From: Leucoraja ocellata
Lineage: Eukaryota
DNA length: 64,000 nt
Reading direction: 5' to 3'
NCBI GenBank assembly: GCA_036785375.1
Contig: JAWMAR010000473.1
Coordinates: forward strand, 682,001-746,000
Positions 11,351 to 24,330 of this stretch are shown one piece after another; position 1 is the stretch's first letter; each line of letters starts with the position of its first letter. Under the pieces are notes generated by a model. The model saw nothing but the letters and a program-made list of their open reading frames with translations, was not told where the DNA came from and made no database searches. Both the position numbers and the translations under genes were made by a program.

Positions 11351-12089
11351 TCAGCTGCAAATAACACATGATGCTCTCTGTTTCCCAGCCTCCCTCTAAA
11401 GCTAACATTAAACTTGTCCATTCATTGTACATCTGTGCTAAGATTTATTTAACATAATTTGTGTGAGGAGCCTTAAGACGTTTTACTGTATTGAAGATGT
11501 TATTATATAAATAAAGCTATTGTTGCTCATTCTTTGAATCGGTTTGTGAAAGAGCAAAACAGAAAAATACTCTGTATTAAAGTTTAATGAACCAGAATAA
11601 GAAAGTGTTTGGAAAGATGCAATACTTGTAGAATCTAGTTTAAGAAATAAATGCACAAATAAGAGTAAAATCTAAGATACAGAAAAAGAATATATGACAA
11701 AATGAAATCTATTTCTTAATTCATAGCATGTTTAAAAATTCATAGCATGATTCATAATGTCTTATTCTGTCGGTTTTTTTTAAATAAATTGGGAATGTTT
11801 ACTATACATTAGAAAAATTGGGATATTTTGAGAATGCAGCAAATTATGCAGTTTTCATCTTTTTTGGTAAAATGGAAAATTATTAAAAAGATGGCCAAAT
11901 TAGACAAAGTAAATTTTAAACATTTGAAAATTCTCCCTCTGCCTACAACCATGGCAAATATCCAAAATAGGTTACGGAGAAGTCTTGAATACATGCAAGA
12001 ATGATGCATTCACTGTGATTTTGTACAGACATGTGTTGCAATCACCACATTATTTAATGTTGTAAAATCCTTCAAAAGTGGCTTTTATA

Positions 12090-13350
12090 AGACAGAGGTT
12101 TGTGGTGGAAGGATGTTATTCTGGGTGAAGGTCTGTGACCAGTGACGTTCCACAGAGGTCTGTGCTAAGACCTCTATGGTTTGTGATATATATATATATA
12201 TATATATATATAAACAATGTGGATGTAAATGTAGATGGGTTGGTCAGTAAGCCTTTAGATGTCAAGAAAATTGGAGGAATTGAGTACCGTGAGGGAGGCT
12301 GTGAAAGTATTCAGCAGAAACATAGAAACATAGAAATTAGGTGCAGGAGTAGGCCATTCGGCCCTTCGAGCCTGCACCGCCATTCAATATGATCATGGCT
12401 GATCATCCAACTCAGTATCCCGTACCTGCCTTCTCTCCATACCCCCTGATCCCCTTAGCCACAAGGGCCACATCTAACTCCCTCTTAAATATGGCAATGG
12501 ATTAGCTACAGAAATGGGCAGAGTAATGGCAGATGGAGTTCAATCTGAGGAAATATGAGGTGTTGCAGTTTGGGAGGTCAAATGTAAGGGGAAAAGTATA
12601 CAGATAATAACAAGACCCGTAACAGCATTGATGATCACATGGATCTTGGGGTTTAAGTACATAACTCCCTGAAAGCAGCCACACAGGTAGACAGTATGGT
12701 AAAAGTGGTGTATGTTATGCTTGTCCTCTTTGGGCAGGGCATTAAGTATAAGAGTCAGGAAGTCCCGTTGCAGCATTATAGGACTTTAGTCAGGCTGCAT
12801 TTGGAATATTGTATACAGTTGTGGGTCGCCTTGTTATAGGAGAGGTTTTGGAGAGGATGCACACATTTACCAGAATGTTGCCTGGATTAGAATGCATTAG
12901 CCAGTGGGAGAGGTTGAACAAACTTGGATTGTTTTCTGTGGAGTTTTCGGAGGCTTAGGGGAGACCTGATAGATATATAGAAATATATAAAATGATGAAA
13001 GGCAGAAAGTGAGACCTTTTTCCAAGGGTGGCGATGTCACAGACTAGAGAGCATAGCTTTATGGTGAGGGTCAAAAGTTAAAGGAAAATGTGCGGGGTAC
13101 ATTTTTTGTTTTACAAAGAGAGTGTCTGGAACATGCTGTTGGTGGTGGTGGTGGTGGTGATGGTGATGGAGGCAGATACGATTGGGGCATTAAAGAGATT
13201 TTTGGTTAGATTCATGGATATGCAGTGAATGGAGGGATGCAGATCATGGGCAGGTAGAGCAGATTAGTTTAACCTGGCATCATGTTTGGCACAAAAATTG
13301 GAGGCTGAATGGCCTGTTCCTATGCTATACTGTTCTATGCTCTATGTTCA
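12090..13350 (+). mobile_element. 5'-truncated CR1 LINE
   Basis: VTSDVPQRSVLRPLWFVIY (PQGSVLGP-type RT motif); tail 'ggctgaatggcctgttcctatgctatactgttctatgctctatgttc'. (AT)n at 12186-12212. Confidence 0.85.
12318..12497 (-). mobile_element. Young CR1 3' end nested in the opposite orientation
   Basis: (AAACATAG)2 then 'gtgcaggagtaggccattcggcccttcgagcctgcaccgccattcaat'; same family as 2131-2280 and 34122-34287. Confidence 0.85.
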
Positions 13351-13544
13351 ATTTTGTATTTAGATTTGAGTGATTGTCATTGGAACATCCAGTCGTTATT
13401 GTTTTTCAGCATTTTCTATATTTATGTCGGTCTGCAGTTTTATTTGATTTTCATTAAATGTTTTACATTGTACCATTCCTCCATGTTTTTTTTTAATATT
13501 TTGGTTCCTGGTTAAATAAGTCCTTCTTAACAACGCTATCTGCT

Positions 13545-15260
13545 TTTGTGTTGACTTCATAGATCCTTGCATGTTTCCTCAGTACTTCCTGGGGTTCTGT
13601 CATGTATATCAGCTCTATTAACCCGACCAAATTATTTGACCTTATTTTTCAGGATTAATTTCCGTCTACCTTTGCCTTGCTCATCTTATCAACTCATCAA
13701 TGTCATTCTGTAGCTGAAAACTAGCCCCTACCCCGCTCCCCCACTATCAACACCACCCACAATTTTCATGTAATCTTCAGACTTACTAATCATACCTCTT
13801 GCATTCACGTATTGATTAGTTAAGTATACAATAAACAAGAAACACAACACTGATCCCTGTCGTATACCACTGGTCAGAAGCTCCCATTTATAAAAAATAA
13901 CCTTTCATTACATTCTCTCTTATCAATAAAACAAATTTTTATCCAATTTGTCAAATTGCATTGGATCCTGTGGCCTCTTACCTTACGAAGAAGTGTCCTA
14001 TGTGGCACTTTGTTAAAGGTCTTAATAATATCCGTGTAGAGCACATTGACCTACTTTGTTGCTCCTTTAAACAATTTAATCAAATTAGTAAAACTGAACC
14101 TCCCCATGCCAAAGCCAAGTTGACGATCCTCGTTTAATCTCGTCTATCTCACTTAATCCCCATCTCTCCAACTGCCGTTAATTGGAAACAAATTCTGAAG
14201 GACAATTAATTTCCTTGCCCATGGTGTTAAACTCACTAACCTATTTGTATTATATGTCTTATCTCTGCTACCCTTCTTGAATAAAGGCAGCACATTCAAT
14301 ATCCTCCAGTCCACCTTGGTCAGCAGAGTGAAGATAATTTCAGTCATGGCATCAACAAATTGCACAGTTTTGTCCCATAATTTCCTGGGATATTGCTCAT
14401 CTGGACCTGAGGATTCATCAACCTATAACCTTGCTCAGACATCTAATACCACCTCCTTTTCATTGGTAATTTGTTCTGGCATCCTATTGTTTCCCTCCCT
14501 AAATTCTCCAATATTCTTTATGTAGTGAATACAGACAAATGTTCACACACTTCTGGTTTTGCAGATAAGTTGCCCTTTTGGTCCAACTCTTTCTGATTAA
14601 CTTCCTGCCCTTTAACCTTCATAACATGCCTGTGGGACTTTTTTAATCAATGCATGTCTGTGCTATTTTATGCCCCCTCCTAATTAGTTAAATACACTGA
14701 CACTACCCACCCCCAGCTGACCGCCACACTTTCTGTACCATGGGTACTCTCCTGTTTTCAGTTCTCTAAACCTGACATAACTAATTTGCTTTACCCGATC
14801 CTCAACATCTCTTGGCATCCAAGATCTTTGTATTAGTTAGCCTTGCCTTTCACCATGATAGAGACATCTTAACCCAGAACTCTCACTATTTTTTTGATAG
14901 CCTTTTTTACCAGTTGCCTGGTAACCTGGTGCCTGGTGACCACTTTGCCATGTCCTGCCTTATCATATTGAAGTAAACCTTTTCCCACATTAGTTTCCGC
15001 TCCACCTCCACCTATACAGGAGCCTAATTTCCATTTTATCCTTATCCTTCTACACAAGGACCTTAAAACAAAGTTGTCGTCACTATTTCCAAAATGTTCA
15101 GCAATTGATACACCCATCCCTTCATACAGCCACATGTCCAAAGTTGAGTCTAGTACAGCCGCTTATCTTGCAGGATTATCCACATACTGGTTCGGAAATC
15201 AGATGCTAGATGCACTCTTAACAATTTCCACCTCACAAAGCCATTCACATTAAGGCAATT
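13545..15260 (-). mobile_element. Degenerate CR1 ORF2 fragments
   Basis: DWRILNVLPLFKKGSRDK...RLVSLT and EHFGNSDD motifs in ORFs 14153..14365 and 14869..15141. Confidence 0.7.
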
Positions 15261-15269
15261 TTTGTTTTG

Positions 15270-15560
15270 TTTCATTTTGTGTAGTGATACAGTGTGGAAA
15301 CAGGACCTTTAGACTACTGCGTACTCGCTGACCAGCAATCTTCACATATTAACACTATCCTACACACACTACGGACAATTTACAATTTTACCAAAGCCGT
15401 TTAGCCTACAGACCTATATATCTTTGTAGTGTGGGAGGAAACCAGAGTTCCCGGAGAAAACCCACACAGTGACGGGGAGAATGTACAAACTACATACAGA
15501 CAGTATCCATACTGAGGATCGAACCCAGGTCTCTGGCGTTACAAGGCAGCAACTCTACTG
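15270..15560 (-). mobile_element. HE1/V-SINE-type tRNA-derived SINE
   Basis: V-domain 'gtgtgggaggaaaccagagttcccggagaaaacccac'; B-box-like 'ggatcgaaccc'; CR1-derived tail. Confidence 0.85.
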
Positions 15561-15621
15561 CCACCTTCTGAACCTTCTGAATTTTGTAGTCGGCAGGGCA
15601 GTACTCTGCATATCGCCAACT

Positions 15622-15841
15622 TAGACAATTTTACATTTTTATCAAGCCAATTAACCTACAAACCTGTACGTCTTTGGAGTGTGGGAGGAAACCGAAGATC
15701 TCTGAGAAAACCCACGCAGATCAAGGGGAGAAAGTACAAACTCCATACAGACAGCACCCGTAGTCGGGATCGAACCCGGGTCTCTGGCGCTGCATTTTAC
15801 TGTAAGGCAGCAACTCTACCACTGTGCCACCGTGACTGCCC
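15622..15841 (-). mobile_element. HE1/V-SINE-type SINE (3'-truncated)
   Basis: 'ttaacctacaaacctgtacgtctttggagtgtgggaggaaaccg...gggatcgaacccggg...ctctaccactgtgccaccgtg'. Confidence 0.88.
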
Positions 15842-16744
15842 TTATTTGGTGGAAGTTTAAATTCCCAAATCCTTTTGTCATAATATTTTTACAATTCTCT
15901 AATTTCCCAAAGTATCTGTCCGTCTATGTCCTGCTGCCTGTTTGAAGCTCATTTGAAGTCCGTAATGGATTCCTTGATTAATATTGCACCATCACTTTGT
16001 TTACATTTCTTTCAATATTATCATTAGTGTAAAACAAAAACCTCGGCATAATTTCACTGATTTTATTTTTCCTATTTATTAAGGCGAAAGCTCAATATTC
16101 AAGAAATCAAAATGCTGCTGTATGTCATGATTGGACAAAACTAAAGATAAGAAACATTGTTCATGTGATATAGAAATGTCTGCTACAGTGCATACAGAAT
16201 TCTGGTCTTTGTAATAAAAGTATTTCCACCTTAGCCTGCCTGAGGAGTTTCTGTTTACGGCAGTTGGCAATTTAGTATCACTTCATTCCAAATGGGGAAA
16301 GACTTGTACTGTCAACACACGGAGAATTAACTCCCTAACATAATTTCTTTCAGTTCTCATCCAATCTAAAATACAGCCTTTCATCCTATTACATTGGGCT
16401 GCATTCAAACCCGTGTCCCAGAGGTAAAACGAGCATGATTGAATTGCTCTCACCACCCAGTTTTGTAATTGTTCTCAGTTAGTAAACATTATTTTAAGTG
16501 TATGCAGTCATTCCTGCTATTGTGGCATTTCCAAGAAATATATAAAACATTGTTGTGAACAGATTTCACGCTGTCTTTTCATGCGATGTAGATGTGCAAA
16601 ACTAGTGAAATAAATTTAAGCTGATGACGGTATTTTATTTAAACCTTTCTGAAAAAAAGTAATCAGCCTTAACTCTAGTCCATTCACAATATTTGAATAA
16701 TTGAATTGCCAGCAATATCTTGACATCTACTTTTGTTTAAAAAG

Positions 16745-16832
16745 AAGACACAAAGTGCTGGAGTAACTTATCGGGTCAGGCACCATCTCTGCAGAATATG
16801 AAAGGGTGGCATTTCGAGTCAGGATGCTTTTT
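16745..16832 (-). mobile_element. Penelope-terminus fragment
   Basis: 'gacacaaagtgctggagtaacttatcgggtcaggcaccatctctg...atttcgagtc' matches the repeat at 31061. Confidence 0.7.
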
Positions 16833-17134
16833 CTAACATTGGTTTAACTGTTCTGTGCTAACTTGAAATTCTGTTACAGGCAAAGTCATGTCTATAGAAG
16901 ATTGCATAATGGTTTCCAGGTGTGTGATTATCCAGTAGGAAAATTGGCTACAAAGATTAAGCTTAAGAATCAATTGGCAAAGTAAACCAATCATATTTAT
17001 GTACAGGAAGGTGTACAACAACTGGTCCCAATAGCTTGGGTAATGTTGAGGCCAAGTTTCCTGCTCACAATTTTTGTCCAACCTGTCCAACAGGAAGAAT
17101 TCCTGTAAGAACATTTAGCAAGAAGTGAAAAAAA

Positions 17135-17225
17135 AGACACAAGATGCTGGAGTAACTCAACAGGTCAGGCAGGATCACTGGAGAACATGGATAGATGATG
17201 TTTCAGGTTGGGTCCCTTCTTCAAG
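17135..17225 (-). mobile_element. Penelope-terminus fragment
   Basis: 'gacacaagatgctggagtaactcaacaggtcaggcag...gtttcaggttgggtcccttcttca'. Confidence 0.75.
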
Positions 17226-17844
17226 AAATTAATCTGGATCGGCAGCGATGGCCGACAAAATCATTGTTCTTTGATTCTGCTGCCGTGCAGCATTGGTCCA
17301 GTCCTATCCAGAATAATCTGTGGTATCCTTATTATCTAAACATTTAGCAGAGGGGACTGTCCAAATGAACATATAACTGATTCCAAGCAGGAGAAGCTTG
17401 AGTTTGGAGGAAAGCTCTGTCACACTTGTGGATACAAGTTAAATAATGAGATGGGACAAAGGGTAGGATATTAATCATGCAGTGGATAATAGGGAAATAA
17501 AATTACCAATGATGGTTATTTGAGCTGATGTATATTGGGGCAACTAGCCTAGAGATCTGCATCTGACATATTCCAATTTATTTCGAACTTTCATTTTTAT
17601 TCATTTACAAAATGCGTTTATGTAATAAAGGTTTTGACAGGAAATGCTACTTTTCATTTCATTTTCTTACGTGAAATCAGGATATACCACAGAGGAAGTG
17701 CTAATCCAACAGCTAAGATGCAATTAAAAGTCATCTTTGACTTTGCACGATGTTTGCTAAATGTTACACACTTCCACAGATGCTCATTGTACTAAAGAAT
17801 GAATGAAGGCACAATATTGCAAAATTGAAATTCAGCTAGATCGT

Positions 17845-18435
17845 TTTAGTTTAGTGTTGTTTAGTTTATTGTCACGTGCACTGAGCTGCAGCGAAAAGCC
17901 TTTTGGTGTGTGCAGTGTAAAGACTACACATGATTACAATCAAGGTGTCCACAGTGTACAGGATACAGGATAAAGGGAATAATGCTTTGTGCAACATAAA
18001 GTCCAGTAGAGACTGATCAAAGATAGTCCGAGGGTCTCCAATGGAGTAGGTGGTAGCTCAGAACTGCTCTCTACTTGGTGATAGCAGCTGGGAAGAAACT
18101 GTCTCTGAATCTGGAGGTATGTTTTTTTCACACTTCCGTAGGTCTTACCAGATGAGAGAGGAGAAAAGAGGGAGTGTCTAGAGTGAGACTCGTCCTTGAT
18201 TATGCTGGTGGACTTGCCGAGGGAGCATAAAGTGTAGATGGAGTCAATGAAAGGGAGATTGGTTTGCATGATGGTCTGGGCTGCGTCCACTATTCACTGC
18301 AATTTCTTGCGGTCTTGGATGGAGCTCTTCCCAAACCATGCTGTAATGCGTCCCAATAAAATGCTTTCTAAGCACTTCTGTATAAGTTGGTGAGACTTGT
18401 TTGAGACTTCTTCCTAAGCAAGCAGCGGCATTATA
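17845..18435 (-). mobile_element. Rex1/Babar LINE 3' fragment
   Basis: ORF2 C-terminus SIIKDESHSRHSLFSPLSSGKTY (D-x-HP-H-LF-x-LPSGRRY pattern) plus GTGACAATAAAC and (TAAAC)n tail. Confidence 0.85.
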
Positions 18436-19052
18436 ACCAAATGACTGGTAACAAATTTAAGCATACAAGGAAAGTAACATAAAAATAGGAGATAAAGATG
18501 GTGTAATAAAAAAATATATATCCATGCTGTATTATTTGAGGCAGGAAGGGACATTTTGAAAATGAGAGCAAAATTAGAAATCTCTCTTCAATGGATCCAT
18601 TGTTCAAGATAGTGTTTATTGATTCAGAAAAGTGCAGGATATGATCAGCTCCTTGCTGGCATTAAATGTGTGGATAATGATACAGGGAGGGGGAGGGAAG
18701 ATGTGTTGGTGGTGAATTTACCTTTTCTTTGGCTTTCTGCTGTCTGTCTTCTACTGTTGCAGATGAATGGAAAATGACATTCTAAGTGATGTAAGCGCAC
18801 TGATGTCCTGCTAACCTTTCTACACTGGACATTTGATGCCCTCTATGTATCTGCATGGTTGGTTAATTCAAATTCCTATTCACATGTTCAGTAAGACTCA
18901 CAGACATTTCCTTTGATAACATTATAATTATAGTTAAGAAGTGAACATTTGCATTCTTTTTGAGAATTGAAAAACAAATATGTGTTTTTGTATAACTAAA
19001 ATTAATTTTGTACAAATTCTGCACTGTGAATTATTTATTTGTTTAAAATTAG

Positions 19053-19425
19053 ATAATAATAATAATAATAATAACTTTATTTATAAAGCACTTTAAACAA
19101 CTGCAGTTGCCACAAAGTGCTGTACATGAGAACTCATGGACAAGAAGTTATTACAAACTATTAAAAACCGTAAAACAAAGGACTATAAAACAATAAAAAT
19201 TAAAAGACATTAAAAGCACTAAAAACAGGAGCAATGTCTCAGCCAGTGTCGAAAGCCAGAGAATAAAAATGAGTTTTTAGGGTGGATTTGAAGATGGACA
19301 GTGAGGGGGCCTGTCTGATGTGCAACGGCAAGGTGTTCCAGAGTGCCGGAGCAGCAACAGAAAAGGCTCTATCCCCTCTGAGCTTCCGCTTAGACCTTGG
19401 TACCTCAAGGAGCAGCTGATCAGCT
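19053..19425 (-). mobile_element. Young 5'-truncated L2-clade LINE
   Basis: 19424-19239 reads without stops ADQLLLEVPRSKRKLRGDRAFSVAAPALWNTLPLHIRQAPSLSIFKSTLKTHFYSLAFDTG* (L2 ORF2 C-terminus); 3' stem-loop AGCACTTT...AAAGTGCT; (TTA)n tail. Confidence 0.92.
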
Positions 19426-22199
19426 AACTACAACTAATGACCAACTACATATGCATCCTGCTGAAAATATATTGGAATATATTTTTAATTTATCATTTAT
19501 ATTTTCTAATACTTGTATGCATCGCACATATATTACTTTCAGTTTAGTTTCTTAATACTTGGCATCAGATATATGAGAAAAAGTCAAATAAAATAATCGG
19601 ACAGATTTCCAAAATCTCAATTTGGTGTAAAGGTTATCACGTAACTAGGACTAGAGATTAATAACCTGCAAATGTGAAGGGGAAAAGCAAGCCAGAATTA
19701 CTAATTTCTCAGATATTTTTTCAGTCATAGGAAGAGCATTTATAACATTGCTATTTAAAGAGATTTTAAATGCCAATCTCATTTTTTTTCCCTCTGTAAT
19801 ATACAAGATGTTTTCTCCTTGGGATCTTGAAATGATACTCTTGTAGCATCTAACACAGCAATGGAGCTAGGGATTTCTGTTTTAACTTAATTTTCTTTAC
19901 AATGTCTGTTTCAGAAACTGCGAGTTTAAATCTGTTCCTTATGTGTTGCACAAAGAAAATTCAATGCACGTAATGAGAAGGCATTGTGCAAAAAAGAAAC
20001 CGTTTGGACTGTGTAAAATTCCAAAGCCAACTGGAATTCTATGTACTTGAGTAATTTAAAGCTTGTCAGTCTGCTTTCCCTTTTTGTGGCTATAATCTCT
20101 AGATCCAGAGATTGTCCGCAGGGAGATGGAGGAAGTTAGTTGTTATAAACAATCTCTGAGGCAGTTCACTCATGTTCCCAGGCACAAAGCTGGCACTGGT
20201 TACTGAGCCTCTCAGTTTTAATGATTTCCACATGGATGAAGGGAGGTTCAAGCCAAGCCTACAATATCGTCAAAAACTCCAAATTTAGAAGAAATATGAA
20301 AATTGCCAAATACGGCTTCCTTAGTGGGTAAAATAAATCCTCTGCTCAACTGCCACAGGTCACAGCAGGGTTCATATGACTTTGTGTGGCCAATAGAATT
20401 CATTCGGTGGTCTGTCAGTTGTGGCATGTAGCGGGATTGACTCCTTTTCAGTTCATATAAGGTAATAGAAAAAGGTTTTCCAAAGGAAGCAGCATAGAAA
20501 AGTATTCAAAAGGCTCACAACATGTAGAAATTTTTAGTGTTGTTGTTTGGTGCTCAGTGACTGTATTTATATTCAGGACGAGAGAAACTCAGACTATCAA
20601 CAGTTTCAACAGGTGTGACTCCAAAGCAGAACGACCACCAGAGGTATGTACCATTAATCCTTGTATCTGTGTTCTTGAACCGTGTCATGTCCAGGAAATT
20701 ATTACATTTAAACTTTAATCAGTTAAGCTTATGACCTACACCGATTGTTAGGAACTTTAAACTATTTTCTGCATCATCAGTTCAGTAAAAGTTGTGATTT
20801 TCCTCTCTCGCTGCTGCGGGATGATGCAATCTTACAATATGTCTACAGCTATGAATAATTCAGCCCTTTTCAAACTTCACATACCCACAAGCTTTTATTG
20901 TTCCTCGCCAATGTGGAGTCATATTTTCCTGTGCTTTAGCACTTGAGAACTGCAAAAGGAATCTCTGATGATTCCCATCTGTTTTATGCATCATTTGCAG
21001 AGTGCAGAAACGCTTCTCAGAACCAAAGTAGCCCGTCCATTATACATTTTAATGCAATTCTTTATGTTCTGATACGAGAGAGATTTACATTGAAATCTAC
21101 ACAGAGCTTTGTGATAATGAATAGGTTGACACAAAAAACGCAGGGAAGTTTGAAAAAGTTTAAACTGAAATAAGATCCGTGGATTCACTGGTTATTGCAA
21201 ACATTTATACAAACAAATAATGTAATACACAGGGGTGGTTGTCCCTGGAACAGAATACTAATTCCAGATGGTTCCAGCTGCCTGCAGAATTTTTTTTTTG
21301 ATTTTCAGCAAACCCATGAATCTTTTTCTCTTAATCCAGCAAAAAAAAAACAAATTGCTTTAAGTATTAATAGATACAGATCTGAAGATCTGCTAAAAGG
21401 AATGCATTCACTGTCAATATTTTAATTTTATTAAGAAAAAATGGAAACAAAATAAACATTGCTGTTTTTAAACTGTTAGCAACCATCTCCAAGAATATGA
21501 AAAATAACACATCTGAACAAGGGTGTCCGTAACTGCAATATTATTTGATTTTCTAAAATTAGTGAGATCATAAAGGGAGTAATTGTAGAATATATACTCA
21601 AGATGTGTTTCCATATTGAAGATTTCAATGATTATGCACAAGACCATTAATTCATTTGCAGTCTGAAGAAATAGTACAGTTTTACTGTTGCGCATATAGG
21701 TTAAATTTAATTTGTTAAATTAGGCAGTAAAACTATCCAGAGAAAAGCTAGATCTGTTTACCCAATTCTTTGTAACTAAGTTGTGCATTCTTCTGCTGCC
21801 TCAGTTATACCCACCCTGCCTCAAAGATGCCAAGCTAGAACAGATGGGTATGTTATCTGGGTCATGAGGATTATGTTTTTACACTTAGACTGGTTCTATT
21901 GTCAAGGGGGCATTTTTACCATCTGGCATCATTATGAGCCCCTACTAACTTATAACCCTACTTAATGGTAATTAAAAAAACATGCATTTTTAACTTGAAA
22001 ATAATTCCATAAATTGAATGATAATAACTAACTGGAGATTCAGAAATAAATTCCAAAAGATGATAGACAAGGAAGATAGAATGAAGGCACTTACTGCATA
22101 TTCAAATTGTAACGTTTTTGTCTATAACTAAGTTTACTCATTTTCAAATGGAACGTTAGTTGGAACTTACCACAACGTTGAAAAAATACAGGCCTACTC

Positions 22200-22960
22200 C
22201 ACCTTTCCTTTGATCTACAGACCTCATCCCTATCTCTTTAATATCCTTGTATTCATTGTTCCCCTTTATTAACAAATGTTTAACTCTCTCTCTCTCTCTC
22301 TCCCACTCACAAATACATTCAACCACTGACCCTTTTAGATCATTTTGAAGAAAAGTTTCAAAGATTCAGAAAATTTTGAATAAAGAGACTTCCTCTCATA
22401 TCCTCTTACAACTAAGTTCCTTAATTCAGTCTTTGATTTCTGATTCTTTACTCCCCTTGCCAGGTAAAACAACCTTCCAATGTTTTTTTTTCAAGCTTCG
22501 GAAGAATGTTATGTATGAGATAATGGTATGGTATGAGATCGCCCCTCATTTTTCTTAATTCTAGGGAACAGAAACCTGACATACTCAATCACAAATTTCA
22601 GCAATATGCCTAATCAACTTTTGATGCACTCTGTCCTTAGCTAAAAAACTTAAATTGTATTTAATGTCTCGTAAGTTCTCACCAGGGCCCCATGTAATTG
22701 TCATGGGAATTTTAACTCTTTTACCTCAATCCTTTTGTGATAAAAGCTAATATGCCACTTAGTTTGCTAATTGCTTGTTGCGGCTGCACGTCAACTCTCT
22801 GTGGTTTAGATAGAAAGACACACTGGTTTGATTAAAATAACATTTTCCGATCTCTCATCATTTAAATAAAATGTTCTTTGTTGGAAAAATGGATTACATA
22901 ATACATCACATTTTAGTGTGCTATTTGCCATATTCTAGCCGTGTACTTACCATGTATATC
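22200..22960 (-). mobile_element. Old CR1 3' region remnant
   Basis: 'gagatcgcccctcatttttcttaattctaggga' and 'aaagctaatatgccacttagtttgctaattgcttgttg' resemble reverse-complement CR1 ORF2. Confidence 0.6.
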
Positions 22961-23176
22961 CTCTTGAGTTCTTCTCACAACAATACCATTGATGTACACA
23001 TTCATACCCTCTTCATTTATCTTTGTGAATGTGACATGAGGACTGTCTCCATAACAGCAGAGAAAGTAGGAATAAAAACTGTTCCTTTTGTTATATTACT
23101 AACCCTTCAGATTTTAAACATCAGTTCAACTCATGGAAAGGGCAAATGGAATATATCCTTATAAGTGGGCCTTATG

Positions 23177-23482
23177 TTTAGTTCAGAGATACAGTGCGGA
23201 AACAGGCCCTTCAGCCCACCGAGTCCACACTGACCATTGATTACCTGTACATTATTTCTATGTTATCCCACTTTCGCATCCTACACACCAAGAGCAATTT
23301 AGAGAGGCCAGTTAACCTACAAACTTGCATGTCTATGGAATGTGCAAGGAAACCGAAGCACCCAGACAAAACCCATGCAGTCACTGGGAGAATATACAAA
23401 CTCCGCACAGACAGCGCCCGTAGTTAGGATCAAACCCGGGTCTCTGGTGCTGTGAGGCACCAGCTCTACCATTGTCCCGCCT
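23177..23482 (-). mobile_element. HE1/V-SINE-type SINE, full length
   Basis: CR1-like tail 'agagatacagtgcggaaacaggcccttcagcccaccgagtcc', V-domain, and tRNA head 'ggatcaaacccgggtctctggtgctgtgaggcaccagctctacc'. Confidence 0.88.
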
Positions 23483-23884
23483 TGTAAGTGTCTGTAAATT
23501 CCAAAGTGAAATAACTTTCTCACATAATATAATAATGGGAGAAATTGAATTAAGTTGGGTGTTGACTTTATCAGCACAAAGACCATTGTACTAATTTCTA
23601 AATGGATGGCCTGATGTGATTTTCATGTCAATTGTTTCTCTTTTGCCGCACACCCAATATCAATTGACTCCAGGTTGATGAACATTTCAATAGTGACAAA
23701 CACTCACCATTTCCTTCTCCATCCCATAGGGAACATGGGCTAGCCTATGTCTCTGTACACCTAACCCTCCTAAAGCAGGGATGAATGTAGGATTTCCAAT
23801 GGTTTATATCGATCTGCTGATCATTGTAGAAAAACACAGCATTTAAAAATGTAATTATTTAAAAAATATATTAAATCAAAATAA

Positions 23885-24330
23885 AATAGAAACAGATTGC
23901 TGGAAACATTCTGCAGGTCAGGGAGCATCAGTGGATCGAGGAAAGTATTGTTATAATTGGGAAAGAGAAACGGGTTTGCAGAAACAATTGGGGAAGGATG
24001 AGTAGGACAAAGTGGGTATCTTGGATAGGGTGAGGCCACGGTTCCTGTGACATTTTACAGCTTTGGTTCATTTTCTCCCATTAACTGTCCCAATTCACCT
24101 ATCAACAAATGGCCAGTACCATGTATTCCCATGAGAGTCCTGGCTTCAACCTATTCAAAAATATGTTCTCTGTTCCTCCCCCACCTTCCTTGCAACTTAA
24201 AACTGAATTTGTCTTACCCATTCCTAATGAACAATCCTTGTTGTTCTTTCCATAGATTTGTTTCACCTGCCAAGTATTCTAGCACTTTCTACTTCTTTGT
24301 TATTTCAGACTTCCAGCATTTGCGGGGTTA
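23885..24330. mobile_element. Old fold-back Penelope-derived element
   Basis: Left 'tgctggaaacattctgcaggtcagggagcatcagtgga' is roughly complementary to right 'tccatagatttgtttcacctgccaagtattctagcac'; ends with 'ttccagcatttgcgg'. Confidence 0.5.

Noticed and set aside
20106-20158. Inverted repeat cagagattgt/acaatctctg as a pre-miRNA
   Set aside because: Only a 10-bp stem with a loop of over 30 nt; too short.
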